Positions 1 through 8,638 of a stretch of 64,000 nucleotides of DNA are shown in pieces. This stretch comes from Sulfolobales archaeon HS-7 (GTDB lineage Archaea > Thermoproteota > Thermoprotei_A > Sulfolobales > Sulfolobaceae). The stretch is taken from the NCBI GenBank assembly GCA_019704295.1, contig AP024596.1, positions 1,856,001 to 1,920,000 of the forward strand, written 5' to 3'. The notes under the pieces were generated by a model. That model saw only the letters and a program-made list of their open reading frames with translations. It did no database searches and was not told the DNA's origin. The number at the start of each line of letters is the position of its first letter. The stretch's first letter is position 1. A program made the position numbers and the translations under genes.

Positions 1-2
1 GA

Positions 3-413
3 AGGGAATATTCTAACGCAGCAACATTATACGAGGATGGTATTAATGTGCCGAAACCGTACCTGTTAGAAAGAAATGTCTTAGTAATGAAGTTCCTAGG
101 CTATAACGGAAATAGAGCACCACTCCTAAAGGAATATGACTACATTGATGACAAACTATACAAGATGATAATAGAACAAATAAAGAGAATGACGACTATC
201 TCAAAACTTGTCCATGGAGATCTAAGTGAGTATAATATCATGATCTATGACGATAAACCGTTTTTCATAGATTTTACTCAATCAGTACCGATAGATTCGG
301 AAAACGCATTAGAACTTTTGAGACGTGATTTAATTAATATTAACCGTTTTTTCTCTAGCAAGGGAATTCAAGTGATAGATCTAAATGAATTAATACTAAG
401 TATATCTAAATAA
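3..413 (+). CDS. rio1: RIO1 serine/threonine kinase, C-terminal part (5' truncated by window edge)
   Basis: VHGDLSEYNI catalytic loop and IDFTQ; frame is open back to the window start; neighbour is the KH/Dim2 gene. Confidence 0.93.
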   Translation, partial: REYSNAATLYEDGINVPKPYLLERNVLVMKFLGYNGNRAPLLKEYDYIDDKLYKMIIEQIKRMTTISKLVHGDLSEYNIMIYDDKPFFIDFTQSVPIDSENALELLRRDLININRFFSSKGIQVIDLNELILSISK

Positions 414-432
414 CTAATCAGTGAAGTAGACC

Positions 433-975
433 TTGTTCATTCAAGTACCTGAGAGTAAATTAAATGTAGTAAACGAGTTGCTTGAACAACTTCAATACAT
501 TAAAAAAGTTAAATTAACATTTGATGAGAAGAAGAAGATAATAACAGTTGTTCCTGAGGAAGGGTATACTTACGAGGCGTTAAAGGTCGAACAAGTAATT
601 AAGGCGTTTTTTGCAGGATATCCTCTGACAAAGGCTTCTAGGTTATTATCAGACGAGTATAGGTTTGACGTGATAGATCTTAAAGAGTATTCCCACGACC
701 CGAAGAAAATCAACAGGATAAAAAGTAGATTGATAGGAAAAAATGGGAAGTTTAAGAAGGATATAGAGGACTACACTTCAGTAAGCTTGCTCATTACCGA
801 CAGGTACATATACATTTTAGGACCCTATGATCAAATGAGCATAGCGCGTAACGCACTTGAACGAATAATTGATGGTGTAGAACATCAGTTAGTGTATAAG
901 TATATAGAGAATGCCGAAAGATCGATAATGGATTACAAGTTAGTTAAGAGTAAAAGAGATAATCAAGAGCAATGA
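433..975 (+). CDS. KH-domain rRNA-processing protein (Dim2/Pno1/Krr1 family)
   Basis: SRLIGKNGK GxxG KH loop; follows rio1 as is usual in archaea. Confidence 0.88.
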   Translation: MFIQVPESKLNVVNELLEQLQYIKKVKLTFDEKKKIITVVPEEGYTYEALKVEQVIKAFFAGYPLTKASRLLSDEYRFDVIDLKEYSHDPKKINRIKSRLIGKNGKFKKDIEDYTSVSLLITDRYIYILGPYDQMSIARNALERIIDGVEHQLVYKYIENAERSIMDYKLVKSKRDNQEQ

Positions 976-1513
976 GCTTCGCTTCGTTATCTTGTGTACT
1001 GTTAAAGAAAAACTTCAACGCTGAACTATACTTTTTAAGGTTATCTAAAACCTCCTTCTCTCTAAGGAGAATATTCAAGTTATCTACATTATTTGTTATA
1101 ACGTTATACATGAATTCTAAAAGTTCCCTTTTCGGCTTACTAAGCACTTCAACCGTAAAATACAGTTTAGGTTCGGGTCTCATAACTAGGGTTAAATGTC
1201 TTTTAGATAAGGGAACCAACATTGCTAATTTAAAGCCAGAGTATTCCTTAGTAGGCGAATGATTTGTAGCCTTAACTTCAATATAATATCTCTCCCCATC
1301 CTTGACTGCCTCTAAATCGTGTGTGGGGAGATCTACGTAAATTACCTCCTTATATCCCCATTCCTCTAGAAGATTCTTAGCCCTAAATTCCATCGCATAA
1401 CCTAAAATAATACCCTTAGCTCGCTCTATCGCGAAATCTATTTCCTCTTCTGAGAGGCCTAATTTTTTCAGAGATTCGATTCCTGATAGTTTGCAAGACA
1501 TGTTGTTCATCAT
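944..1513 (-). CDS. PD-(D/E)XK nuclease-like protein (DUF3883-like)
   Basis: E..A...L..WGY, HDLEA and YYIEVKAT motifs; start overlaps the aRF1 stop (TAATG). Confidence 0.6.
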   Translation of the reverse strand: MMNNMSCKLSGIESLKKLGLSEEEIDFAIERAKGIILGYAMEFRAKNLLEEWGYKEVIYVDLPTHDLEAVKDGERYYIEVKATNHSPTKEYSGFKLAMLVPLSKRHLTLVMRPEPKLYFTVEVLSKPKRELLEFMYNVITNNVDNLNILLREKEVLDNLKKYSSALKFFFNSTQDNEAKLIALDYLFYS

Positions 1514-2614
1514 TAATACTTGAATCTTAGTAGACCTATAGCACCTTGGAAGGTCTGCTGCACCCAGTCTGCTTCCGGAAGTTCGTCATTAACGTAAAAT
1601 ACAGTTGCTCCTTTCTTTTTCGCCTCATCCCCTAGCTTTTCCAACTCCTTATTACCCTCATATATAACAAGCTTCTCAATAGCTCCCATATCTAATGCTT
1701 TTTTGATCTCCTCAATACCATATACTACATTACTATCGCCCTTTGCTAGATGATACTTTATCTCCTCAAGAACTTTAGTCACCTCTATGTATTTCTGACC
1801 CTTAAGCATATCCCCCGCTTTAACTAATACTTCTCTAATTCCTCCTTCTCCCTGATATCCTACATCAATCAACGGCTGCATTACAATTTTCTTTAACCTA
1901 TAGTCCATATAGTCGCCCTCAAAGAAGTAGTTTTTAGCAAAGCCTGGACCAGCTAGGAGAATACCCTTTAATCTTCCCTCTTCCAAATATGGTAGTAAGT
2001 AACTGTTTACCCTCTCTCCCACGCTCTTGAAAAAGTCGTGTATCAATTCCTCGTGAATTCTGTCCATTCGCCTTTGACTTTGCCCTCCCATCTTATGTTT
2101 CCTTGGAAGAAAAGTGTCCATCTCTTCTAAGACCTCAACTCTCAGACCCTTTACGAGGCCGATCGTAGCCTCATCATTCTCTATGATGATAACCGCGAAA
2201 TAATCCGAGTCGTCGACCATGCTCTCCAAAAACTCTAAGTGATATTCCTTGTCCGTTCTGTAGAAGTATATGGTAACCTTTTCTGGAGGAATTACCATAA
2301 AGCATGAAAAAGTGTTTGTATCAAAATTTTCTCCGCAAAATAACGCTAGTCCCGTTTGCGGAACTTTACTTATCTGGACAAGCCTATCAATAGCTCCCGA
2401 TATTGCAGACTCAACTGCGTCTCTAGTCCTCTTTAGCTTGATGTTCTGAGATATTGACAATTCCTGCCTTAAGTTGTTTATTACATCGGCAACTGGTCTA
2501 CCTGGAGGGATATATAACGATAATAGAGTTGTGGCCGGTGAGTGCCATTTTTTCAGTTCCTTTATAAGAGATTTCAATTGATCTTTATCTAACTTATACT
2601 TTTCAAAGACTCAT
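1513..2614 (-). CDS. prf1: Peptide chain release factor aRF1; main frame 1513..2610, probable start ATG 2614 joined by a +1 frameshift at CTT-TGA
   Basis: [16 protein letters not shown] and [10 protein letters not shown] motifs; the frame extends upstream of TTG 2577 (EKYKLDKDQ) to a TGA at 2611-2613; ATG AGT CTT TGA lies in the adjacent frame. Confidence 0.95.
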
Positions 2615-2745
2615 CCCTGTTTCCCAAATATCTGTTATTCTGAGTAGAATAAAAAACTACTTAGTTAGCTTCACTATTTCAATCGGTATAAATGAGGTCT
2701 AGAAATACATTTTGAATATCGGAAACCTACATTCATTCGACTAAC

Positions 2746-3933
2746 TTATTTAAGACCTCTCACTTTCTCTATATATATCGCTGTGGCGCCTCCTGTTCCG
2801 TGACATAAACTTGCTATCCCTTTTTCAGCATTGTTCTTTGTTAAAACGTTAATTAGTGTTGTGACAATCCTCGCTCCCGATGCCCCTATAGGATGACCAA
2901 GAGCGATAGCTCCACCAAATAGATTCAGTCTTTCATAAGGGATCCCAAGTAATTTATGAACAAGTACGCTTGCTACGGCAAACGCTTCGTTATTTTCGAA
3001 ATAGTCGATATCATTAACAGTTTTTCCTATTTTACTCAGTAATTTCTTTATCGCGTAAACAGGCGCCTCAGGAAATCTCCATCCCTCAGTTCCAATCCAA
3101 CTTATTCCCTTTAGCTCTGCTATAGGTTCAACGCCAAATTTCGTGATCGCGGATTCTCCAGCAAGAACTAGTGCAGAAGCACCATCGGAAATCTGAGAGG
3201 AGTTTCCCGCAGTATGTAAGCCATTTTCTCCAAATGCTGGTCTAAGTTTAGATAACTTTTCAAGAGAGGTATCTTTTCTAATCCCTTCATCTTGATAGAC
3301 TTCGCCATTCGAAGTGGTTACAGGAACTACTTCAGATTTAAAGTTACCACTGGCAGTCGCCTTATATGCTCTCATATGGCTCTCAAACGCTACATTATCA
3401 AGTTCTTCCCTTTTTACGTCTCTTTCCTTAGCGATCATATCCGCCTCTTGCCCCATTAACTTATAGTTAGCCGGGTCTGTCAAACCATCATAAAGCATAG
3501 TATCCGTTAATTTAAACTCCTTATGAAGGGCGGATTTCACACCCCATCTGGCATCAGCCGAAATAGAGAAAGCCGCTCTACTCATAGACTCCATTCCTCC
3601 TACAACAACTACTTCTGCGTCTCCGCTTTTGATCATCTGTCCACCGTTTATTATGCTCATCATACCTGATGAGCATACCATATCTATACAATAGCCATCC
3701 ACGGTTACCGGAAGATTCGCCTTAAGTAACGCCTGTCTTGCCAGATCCTGACCATGGCCAGCCCTTAAGACGTTACCCATAATGACGAGGTCTACTGAGC
3801 TTGAAGGTATACCGCTCCTTTTTAATGCTTCCTGAATTACTATTCCCCCTAATTCCGGTGGGTTTATGTCCTTAAAGTAACCGCCAAATTTTCCAATGGC
3901 TGTTCGTACCGCGGAAAGAATATAGACTCTCAT
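2746..3933 (-). CDS. Acetyl-CoA C-acetyltransferase (thiolase)
   Basis: MRVYILSAVRTAIGKFGG start; VCSSG, NEAFA, GHPIGASGAR, LCHGTGG motifs. Confidence 0.95.
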   Translation of the reverse strand: MRVYILSAVRTAIGKFGGYFKDINPPELGGIVIQEALKRSGIPSSSVDLVIMGNVLRAGHGQDLARQALLKANLPVTVDGYCIDMVCSSGMMSIINGGQMIKSGDAEVVVVGGMESMSRAAFSISADARWGVKSALHKEFKLTDTMLYDGLTDPANYKLMGQEADMIAKERDVKREELDNVAFESHMRAYKATASGNFKSEVVPVTTSNGEVYQDEGIRKDTSLEKLSKLRPAFGENGLHTAGNSSQISDGASALVLAGESAITKFGVEPIAELKGISWIGTEGWRFPEAPVYAIKKLLSKIGKTVNDIDYFENNEAFAVASVLVHKLLGIPYERLNLFGGAIALGHPIGASGARIVTTLINVLTKNNAEKGIASLCHGTGGATAIYIEKVRGLK

Positions 3934-3976
3934 ATGTTTATTTATCTTCTCAAGGTAAAGAAATTTCTCAAAAATC

Positions 3977-5239
3977 TTAGTTTGAGGGTAAACCCCTAAG
4001 ATCAAAGAACGAGTGGTCTGTTATCCTAACTTGTATTTTTTCACCCAATTTATTAAATTCATACACAACTACGGGTTTATAGGATATCGTCCTTCCGATC
4101 ACCGACTTATCTTTGCCTACTTCAGTAGTTATGACATCTACTACTTTTCCTACATAACTCCCAAAGATCTCGCCCGCTATCCTCTCATATAACTCATTAG
4201 CTCTCCGTGTTCTCTCTTTTTTCACTTTTTCAGGTATTTGAGGCATCCTCATACTCCTAGTGTTGTGCCTCGGTGAGTACATAGCTAAATGAATCTTATC
4301 GAACCTCAGTTTCTCCATAAGTAGAAGTGTGTTTTCAAAGCTCTCGTCATCCTCACCAGGATGCCCCACAATTATGTCTGTTGCTATAGTAGTTTCCCCA
4401 AGTTCTTTCCGAATCTTATTAACTAACGAAATATATTCATCTACAGTGTATTTTCTATTCATGAGTTGGAGAACCTTATCGTCTCCACTCTGCACAGGTA
4501 TATGAAGGAATTTAAATATTTTCTCACGTTTCATTACCTCCAATAATCTATCAATTATCCTAAATGCATATTCGGGATTCATCATACCAATCCTTATATA
4601 GAAATCACCATCAATATCCGTAACTTCCTCTAACACATCAACTAACGATACGCCCGATTTTAAGTCAAGCCCATATGTTGCAAGATCTTGACCCGTTAAC
4701 TCTATTTCCTTAGCCCCTTTTTTTACAGCATCCATAACCCATTCCTTAATTCTCCTAACGGGAAAACTCCTAAGATAATTACGTGAAAGTTTAGTTATAC
4801 AGAAGTTACAACTGGACGCACATCCATCTTGAATGGGGATTACAGCAATAGTTCCTGAATTAAAAATAGAGTATCTTGATGGATCGTCGGGCTCTAGAAT
4901 TACTTGTACTTCATTGCTTTCCAATAGTGAAGATATTCTACTTACTGATTGAGGACCTATTATTGATGCTTGAGGTGCTAATTTTGAAATAGTTCCAGGC
5001 TGAGAAGACGCCATACAACCAGCTACAATTAAACGCTTTCCAGTCTTGGAAAAGTACCTTATCCTTTGTTTCATTCTTTCCTCTGTCTCCAATCTCACAA
5101 CGCATGTATTCAGTATTACCGCATCTGCATCTTCCTCTCGTTCGACTATTGTATGACCCTGTTCGGTAAGTAATTTCATCATTATCAGGGAATCCCCTTT
5201 GTTCAGAGTACAGCCGTATGTTTCAATGTACGCCTTCAT
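3977..5239 (-). CDS. mtaB: tRNA t6A37 methylthiotransferase (e-MtaB, radical SAM)
   Basis: ETYGCTLN, NTCVV, AGC, CxxxCxxC (CASSCNFC), C-terminal TRAM domain. Confidence 0.92.
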   Translation of the reverse strand: MKAYIETYGCTLNKGDSLIMMKLLTEQGHTIVEREEDADAVILNTCVVRLETEERMKQRIRYFSKTGKRLIVAGCMASSQPGTISKLAPQASIIGPQSVSRISSLLESNEVQVILEPDDPSRYSIFNSGTIAVIPIQDGCASSCNFCITKLSRNYLRSFPVRRIKEWVMDAVKKGAKEIELTGQDLATYGLDLKSGVSLVDVLEEVTDIDGDFYIRIGMMNPEYAFRIIDRLLEVMKREKIFKFLHIPVQSGDDKVLQLMNRKYTVDEYISLVNKIRKELGETTIATDIIVGHPGEDDESFENTLLLMEKLRFDKIHLAMYSPRHNTRSMRMPQIPEKVKKERTRRANELYERIAGEIFGSYVGKVVDVITTEVGKDKSVIGRTISYKPVVVYEFNKLGEKIQVRITDHSFFDLRGLPSN

Positions 5240-5517
5240 GTTACTAACCTATCATGTATTAATGCAAAATTTGAGATTATATAATCACTTACCTCAGAAC
5301 TTATTTATCAATAGTGGTGGACCCGCTGCTGAACTGGTAGGAGTAGCATAGTTACAGCTCAAAGATCTTTGCTCAGTTGTCTCAGTAACGTGCGCTCTAT
5401 AGATGCCTATCATTGAAACAGCATGTAAACTTACATTTAAGGGTGTGTTGGTTGCTCACAAATCCTCCTAACCTTCACTCAGATAAGTAAGTATAATAAC
5501 TACTACCAAAGAGATTT

Positions 5518-5949
5518 TTGGTAAAGATGTCATCTGATGCAGAATATGAAAAACTTCTCCAAAGGGTATATGAGAAGCTCCCGTATAAGAGCAATAAAAA
5601 GGAGAGTCAAGAACTCCCAGCCCTCATAATTAACAATATAGGTTCTACTACAATAATAAGAAACTTTTCAGAATACGCCGACAGAATTAGGAGAGATCCT
5701 AAAGTTCTCATGAAGTACCTTCTTAAGGAGTTAGCTGCAGCAGGAACTCTGACTGATAACGGAGCATTGGAGATTCAGGGTAAATTCTCGAGTTATACTA
5801 TAAACAACTTAATAGAAAGATTCCTCAATTCTTACGTAAGGTGTAGAACTTGTAAAAGTCTTGACACAATCCTAACTATAGAGAAGAACGTTTGGACTAT
5901 AAAGTGCCTGGCTTGTGGTGCGATAACTACAGTAAGAAAGGCGTTTTAG
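5518..5949 (+). CDS. eif2b: Translation initiation factor aIF2 beta subunit
   Basis: YEKLLQR, TIIRNF, C-terminal Zn ribbon CRTC...CLAC. Confidence 0.93.
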   Translation: MVKMSSDAEYEKLLQRVYEKLPYKSNKKESQELPALIINNIGSTTIIRNFSEYADRIRRDPKVLMKYLLKELAAAGTLTDNGALEIQGKFSSYTINNLIERFLNSYVRCRTCKSLDTILTIEKNVWTIKCLACGAITTVRKAF

Positions 5950-5950
5950 T

Positions 5951-6253
5951 TTGAATATTATGGTTAAGATTATTCATGCTCCCTCTGGAGAGGTTATAGT
6001 AAACCTCTGTGAACCATCACTATTAGGAAAGGTTTTCAGGGAGAAGGATATAAATCTTCATGTAAATAAGGAGTTTTATGAGGGGGAAATAATGGAAGAA
6101 GATGAGGCGTTTTCTTACGTGGAGCAGGCAACAGTTGCGTCATTTGTCGGAAAAACAGTTGTAGAGCAGGCCGCTAGGCGAGGGTTCATTAATAGGGACA
6201 CCGTGCTTGTAGTAGAGGGGGTTCCATTCGCACAAATGCTCAACGGGTTTTAG
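5951..6253 (+). CDS. DUF424 family protein
   Basis: CEPSLLGKVF...FYEGE...VG..VV...GVPFAQ; conserved position after aIF2-beta. Confidence 0.85.
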   Translation: MNIMVKIIHAPSGEVIVNLCEPSLLGKVFREKDINLHVNKEFYEGEIMEEDEAFSYVEQATVASFVGKTVVEQAARRGFINRDTVLVVEGVPFAQMLNGF

Positions 6254-6254
6254 C

Positions 6255-6950
6255 ATGAGGAAATTCTGCGTACTATGCGGGTCAGAAGACGAGGAGTTAA
6301 TTGATTCCCTTTGTGAGAGTTGTTATATTTCAACAAAACAGTTAGTAAAAGTAGAGAAAGAAGTATCGGTAAAGTACTGTCGTTCTTGCGGATCTATATG
6401 GGTAGGTGGCAGATGGGTTCAAAATTCTGAAGAACCACTTTACTATTCAATATATCTCTACGTTATGAAAACTACGGTATTAGATGAACATGTTTCGGAG
6501 TTCAAAGTTAACGTAGATAAAATATGGAAGGATCTTACAGGTGAATTACACGCTACTATTTCTGTTTCAGGTAAGATAAGAAGGGAATCGTTCACGAAAA
6601 CCCTTGATGTACAGGTAGAGGAAGATAGATCGTTATGCACCAGATGTCTTAAATCAAAGGGGAAGGATTTTGAAGCGGTAATACAATTAAGGACTTCTGG
6701 TAAAAGATTGGATAATGGAGTAAGGCAACTTTTTGAGGAAACTTTACTAGATCAAGCCAGCCAATCAATTGGCGACGTGAAAGAGGCCCATAACGGTTTT
6801 GATTACTACCTGACAGATAAGTCGAGTGCTAGGAAAACAGTGTCTAAATTTACTAAACTAATCAATGCTAAAATTATCGAATCATATGAGAATGAGAGAA
6901 GAGAAGACGGTAAAAGAAAAGCCAGATTAGTAATATCCGTGAGGATATGA
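6255..6950 (+). CDS. NMD3 family ribosome-binding protein
   Basis: Four CxxC pairs, FEAVIQLR, GFDYY. Confidence 0.88.
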   Translation: MRKFCVLCGSEDEELIDSLCESCYISTKQLVKVEKEVSVKYCRSCGSIWVGGRWVQNSEEPLYYSIYLYVMKTTVLDEHVSEFKVNVDKIWKDLTGELHATISVSGKIRRESFTKTLDVQVEEDRSLCTRCLKSKGKDFEAVIQLRTSGKRLDNGVRQLFEETLLDQASQSIGDVKEAHNGFDYYLTDKSSARKTVSKFTKLINAKIIESYENERREDGKRKARLVISVRI

Positions 6951-7558
6951 ACCTTGGAATTGATGAGGCTGGAAGAGGTTGTATAATAGGACCAATGATA
7001 GTTGCAGGTGTTTTCATCGAACAAGAGAAACTTAGAACGTTAAAAAGTATCGGAGTAAAGGATAGTAAGAAACTTACTAAAAGAAGTAGGGAGTCTCTCT
7101 ACAGGTTGATTTTCGAAATTGTTAACGGCGTAACAATAGTCAAGGTAGAACCTGAACTTATCGATAAATACAACCTTAACCTTCTAACTAAGTACTCAAT
7201 GCTTAAAATAATAGAGACGTCCCCATATAGATTATCTAAAGTGGTAATCGATAAGGTCGGAAATATGCAGGATGTAGAAGAGACTGTAATCAGGACAGGT
7301 GCAATCCCGATAATAGAGAATAAGGCTGATGATAAGTATTTAGAAGTGGGTGCAGCGAGTATTGTTGCGAAGGTAATAAGGGACGACATTATAGCCTCAC
7401 TAAAAGAGAAATATGGAGATTTCGGAAGCGGATATCCATCTGATAAAAAAACAATAAATTGGTTACATGCAGTATTAACTAAGGGACCCCCTCCAATAGT
7501 GAGAAGGAGTTGGAAAACTTTACAAAAGTTATCGTCTAATTATTATATGACCAAGTGA
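6947..7558 (+). CDS. rnhB: Ribonuclease HII
   Basis: GIDEAGRG, VKDSKKL, AASIVAKV, GSGYPSD. Confidence 0.96.
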   Translation: MNLGIDEAGRGCIIGPMIVAGVFIEQEKLRTLKSIGVKDSKKLTKRSRESLYRLIFEIVNGVTIVKVEPELIDKYNLNLLTKYSMLKIIETSPYRLSKVVIDKVGNMQDVEETVIRTGAIPIIENKADDKYLEVGAASIVAKVIRDDIIASLKEKYGDFGSGYPSDKKTINWLHAVLTKGPPPIVRRSWKTLQKLSSNYYMTK

Positions 7559-7562
7559 GATA

Positions 7563-8621
7563 ATGGTCACGAATCTCCCCGCCGAAGCTAAGGCGAAGTG
7601 GATTAAAGTTATGGATGCGAAAACACCGGAAGAGAAAATACAGGCCCTACAGGAATTTCTAAGTACCGTTCCTAAGCATAAGGGAACTGAGAACCTAGTT
7701 ATGTGGGCAAGGAGGCGAATGGCAGAGTTAAAAGAGGAAGTTGAAAAGGAAAAGAGGCGGGGAAAATCTGGTGCGGGGCCTAAGTTCTTCATAGAGAAGG
7801 ATGGCGCAGGTCAGGTATTACTTCTCGGAGACAGAGAATCAAGATGTAAATTAATGAATTTACTTACTGAAATTGACGAAGAACCTAAAGAAACGCCAAT
7901 ACCTGGAATAACGTATTATGAGGACGTTAGATTTCAGGTGATAAATCCGCCCGAACTCATAATTGAATCGAGAAGTATAGCCTCAAAGATCCTTGCGTTA
8001 ACGAGAAATGCAGATCTCATCGTACTAACAGGACGGAATATAGAAAGCGTTGTTAAGTTCCTCGAGGATAACGGAATATTCCTAGGAAGACCCAAGGGGA
8101 AGGTCGTTATTGAACGAGTGAGAGCTGGAAAAGGTATTAGAATTGTAAAAATGGGAAAACTTATAGGATTTTCAGAAAAGGAGATAGTAAATCTATTGCA
8201 TGAATACAATATAGTGTCGGGTACAGTAAAATTATCTGGCGAAGTCACCATAGATGACGTAGAAAAAGCCTTGTTTGGGGGCGTCACGTATAAGCCTGGA
8301 TTAATTGTAGGAGAGGAAAAAATTAACGACTTACCCGTTGCTCATATAAATAATGTAAATCAGATAAAACGGCTGATATTTGAACTTTTGGATATAATCA
8401 GAGTCTACACGAAGGAACCTGGTGAGGAGGTTAGTAAAGAACCCGTGATCTTGAGGAAAGGTGCTACAGTTCTAGATCTCGCTAGAACCATTCACTCGCA
8501 AATAGCGGAGAATTTCAAGTACGCGAAAGTACAAGGAAGATCGGTCAAATATCCTCAAAGAGTGGGCTTAAACCACGTCTTAGAGGATGGAGATATTGTT
8601 GAATTAAGAAGTAAGGTTTAA
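7563..8621 (+). CDS. DRG/OBG-like protein with TGS domain and degenerate GTPase motifs
   Basis: MVTNLPAEAK, PKHKGTE, IIRVYTK, C-terminal TGS (VGLNHVLEDGDIVE); G1 and G3 not recognisable. Confidence 0.85.
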   Translation: MVTNLPAEAKAKWIKVMDAKTPEEKIQALQEFLSTVPKHKGTENLVMWARRRMAELKEEVEKEKRRGKSGAGPKFFIEKDGAGQVLLLGDRESRCKLMNLLTEIDEEPKETPIPGITYYEDVRFQVINPPELIIESRSIASKILALTRNADLIVLTGRNIESVVKFLEDNGIFLGRPKGKVVIERVRAGKGIRIVKMGKLIGFSEKEIVNLLHEYNIVSGTVKLSGEVTIDDVEKALFGGVTYKPGLIVGEEKINDLPVAHINNVNQIKRLIFELLDIIRVYTKEPGEEVSKEPVILRKGATVLDLARTIHSQIAENFKYAKVQGRSVKYPQRVGLNHVLEDGDIVELRSKV

Positions 8622-8638
8622 GCCCTTCTTCTAAATGC

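Noticed and set aside
2430-2446. aRF1 NIKS changed to NIKL
   Set aside because: Usual crenarchaeal variant; not evidence of codon reassignment
2589-2627. Alternative uORF from TTG 2627 needing a -1 shift into aRF1, or readthrough of TGA 2611-2613
   Set aside because: No X-XXY-YYZ slippery heptamer; weaker start; the CUU-UGA +1 route is simpler
5398-5470. 20-aa Cys-rich sORF after AGGAGG on the minus strand
   Set aside because: SD-to-start spacing is only 3 nt and there is no other support
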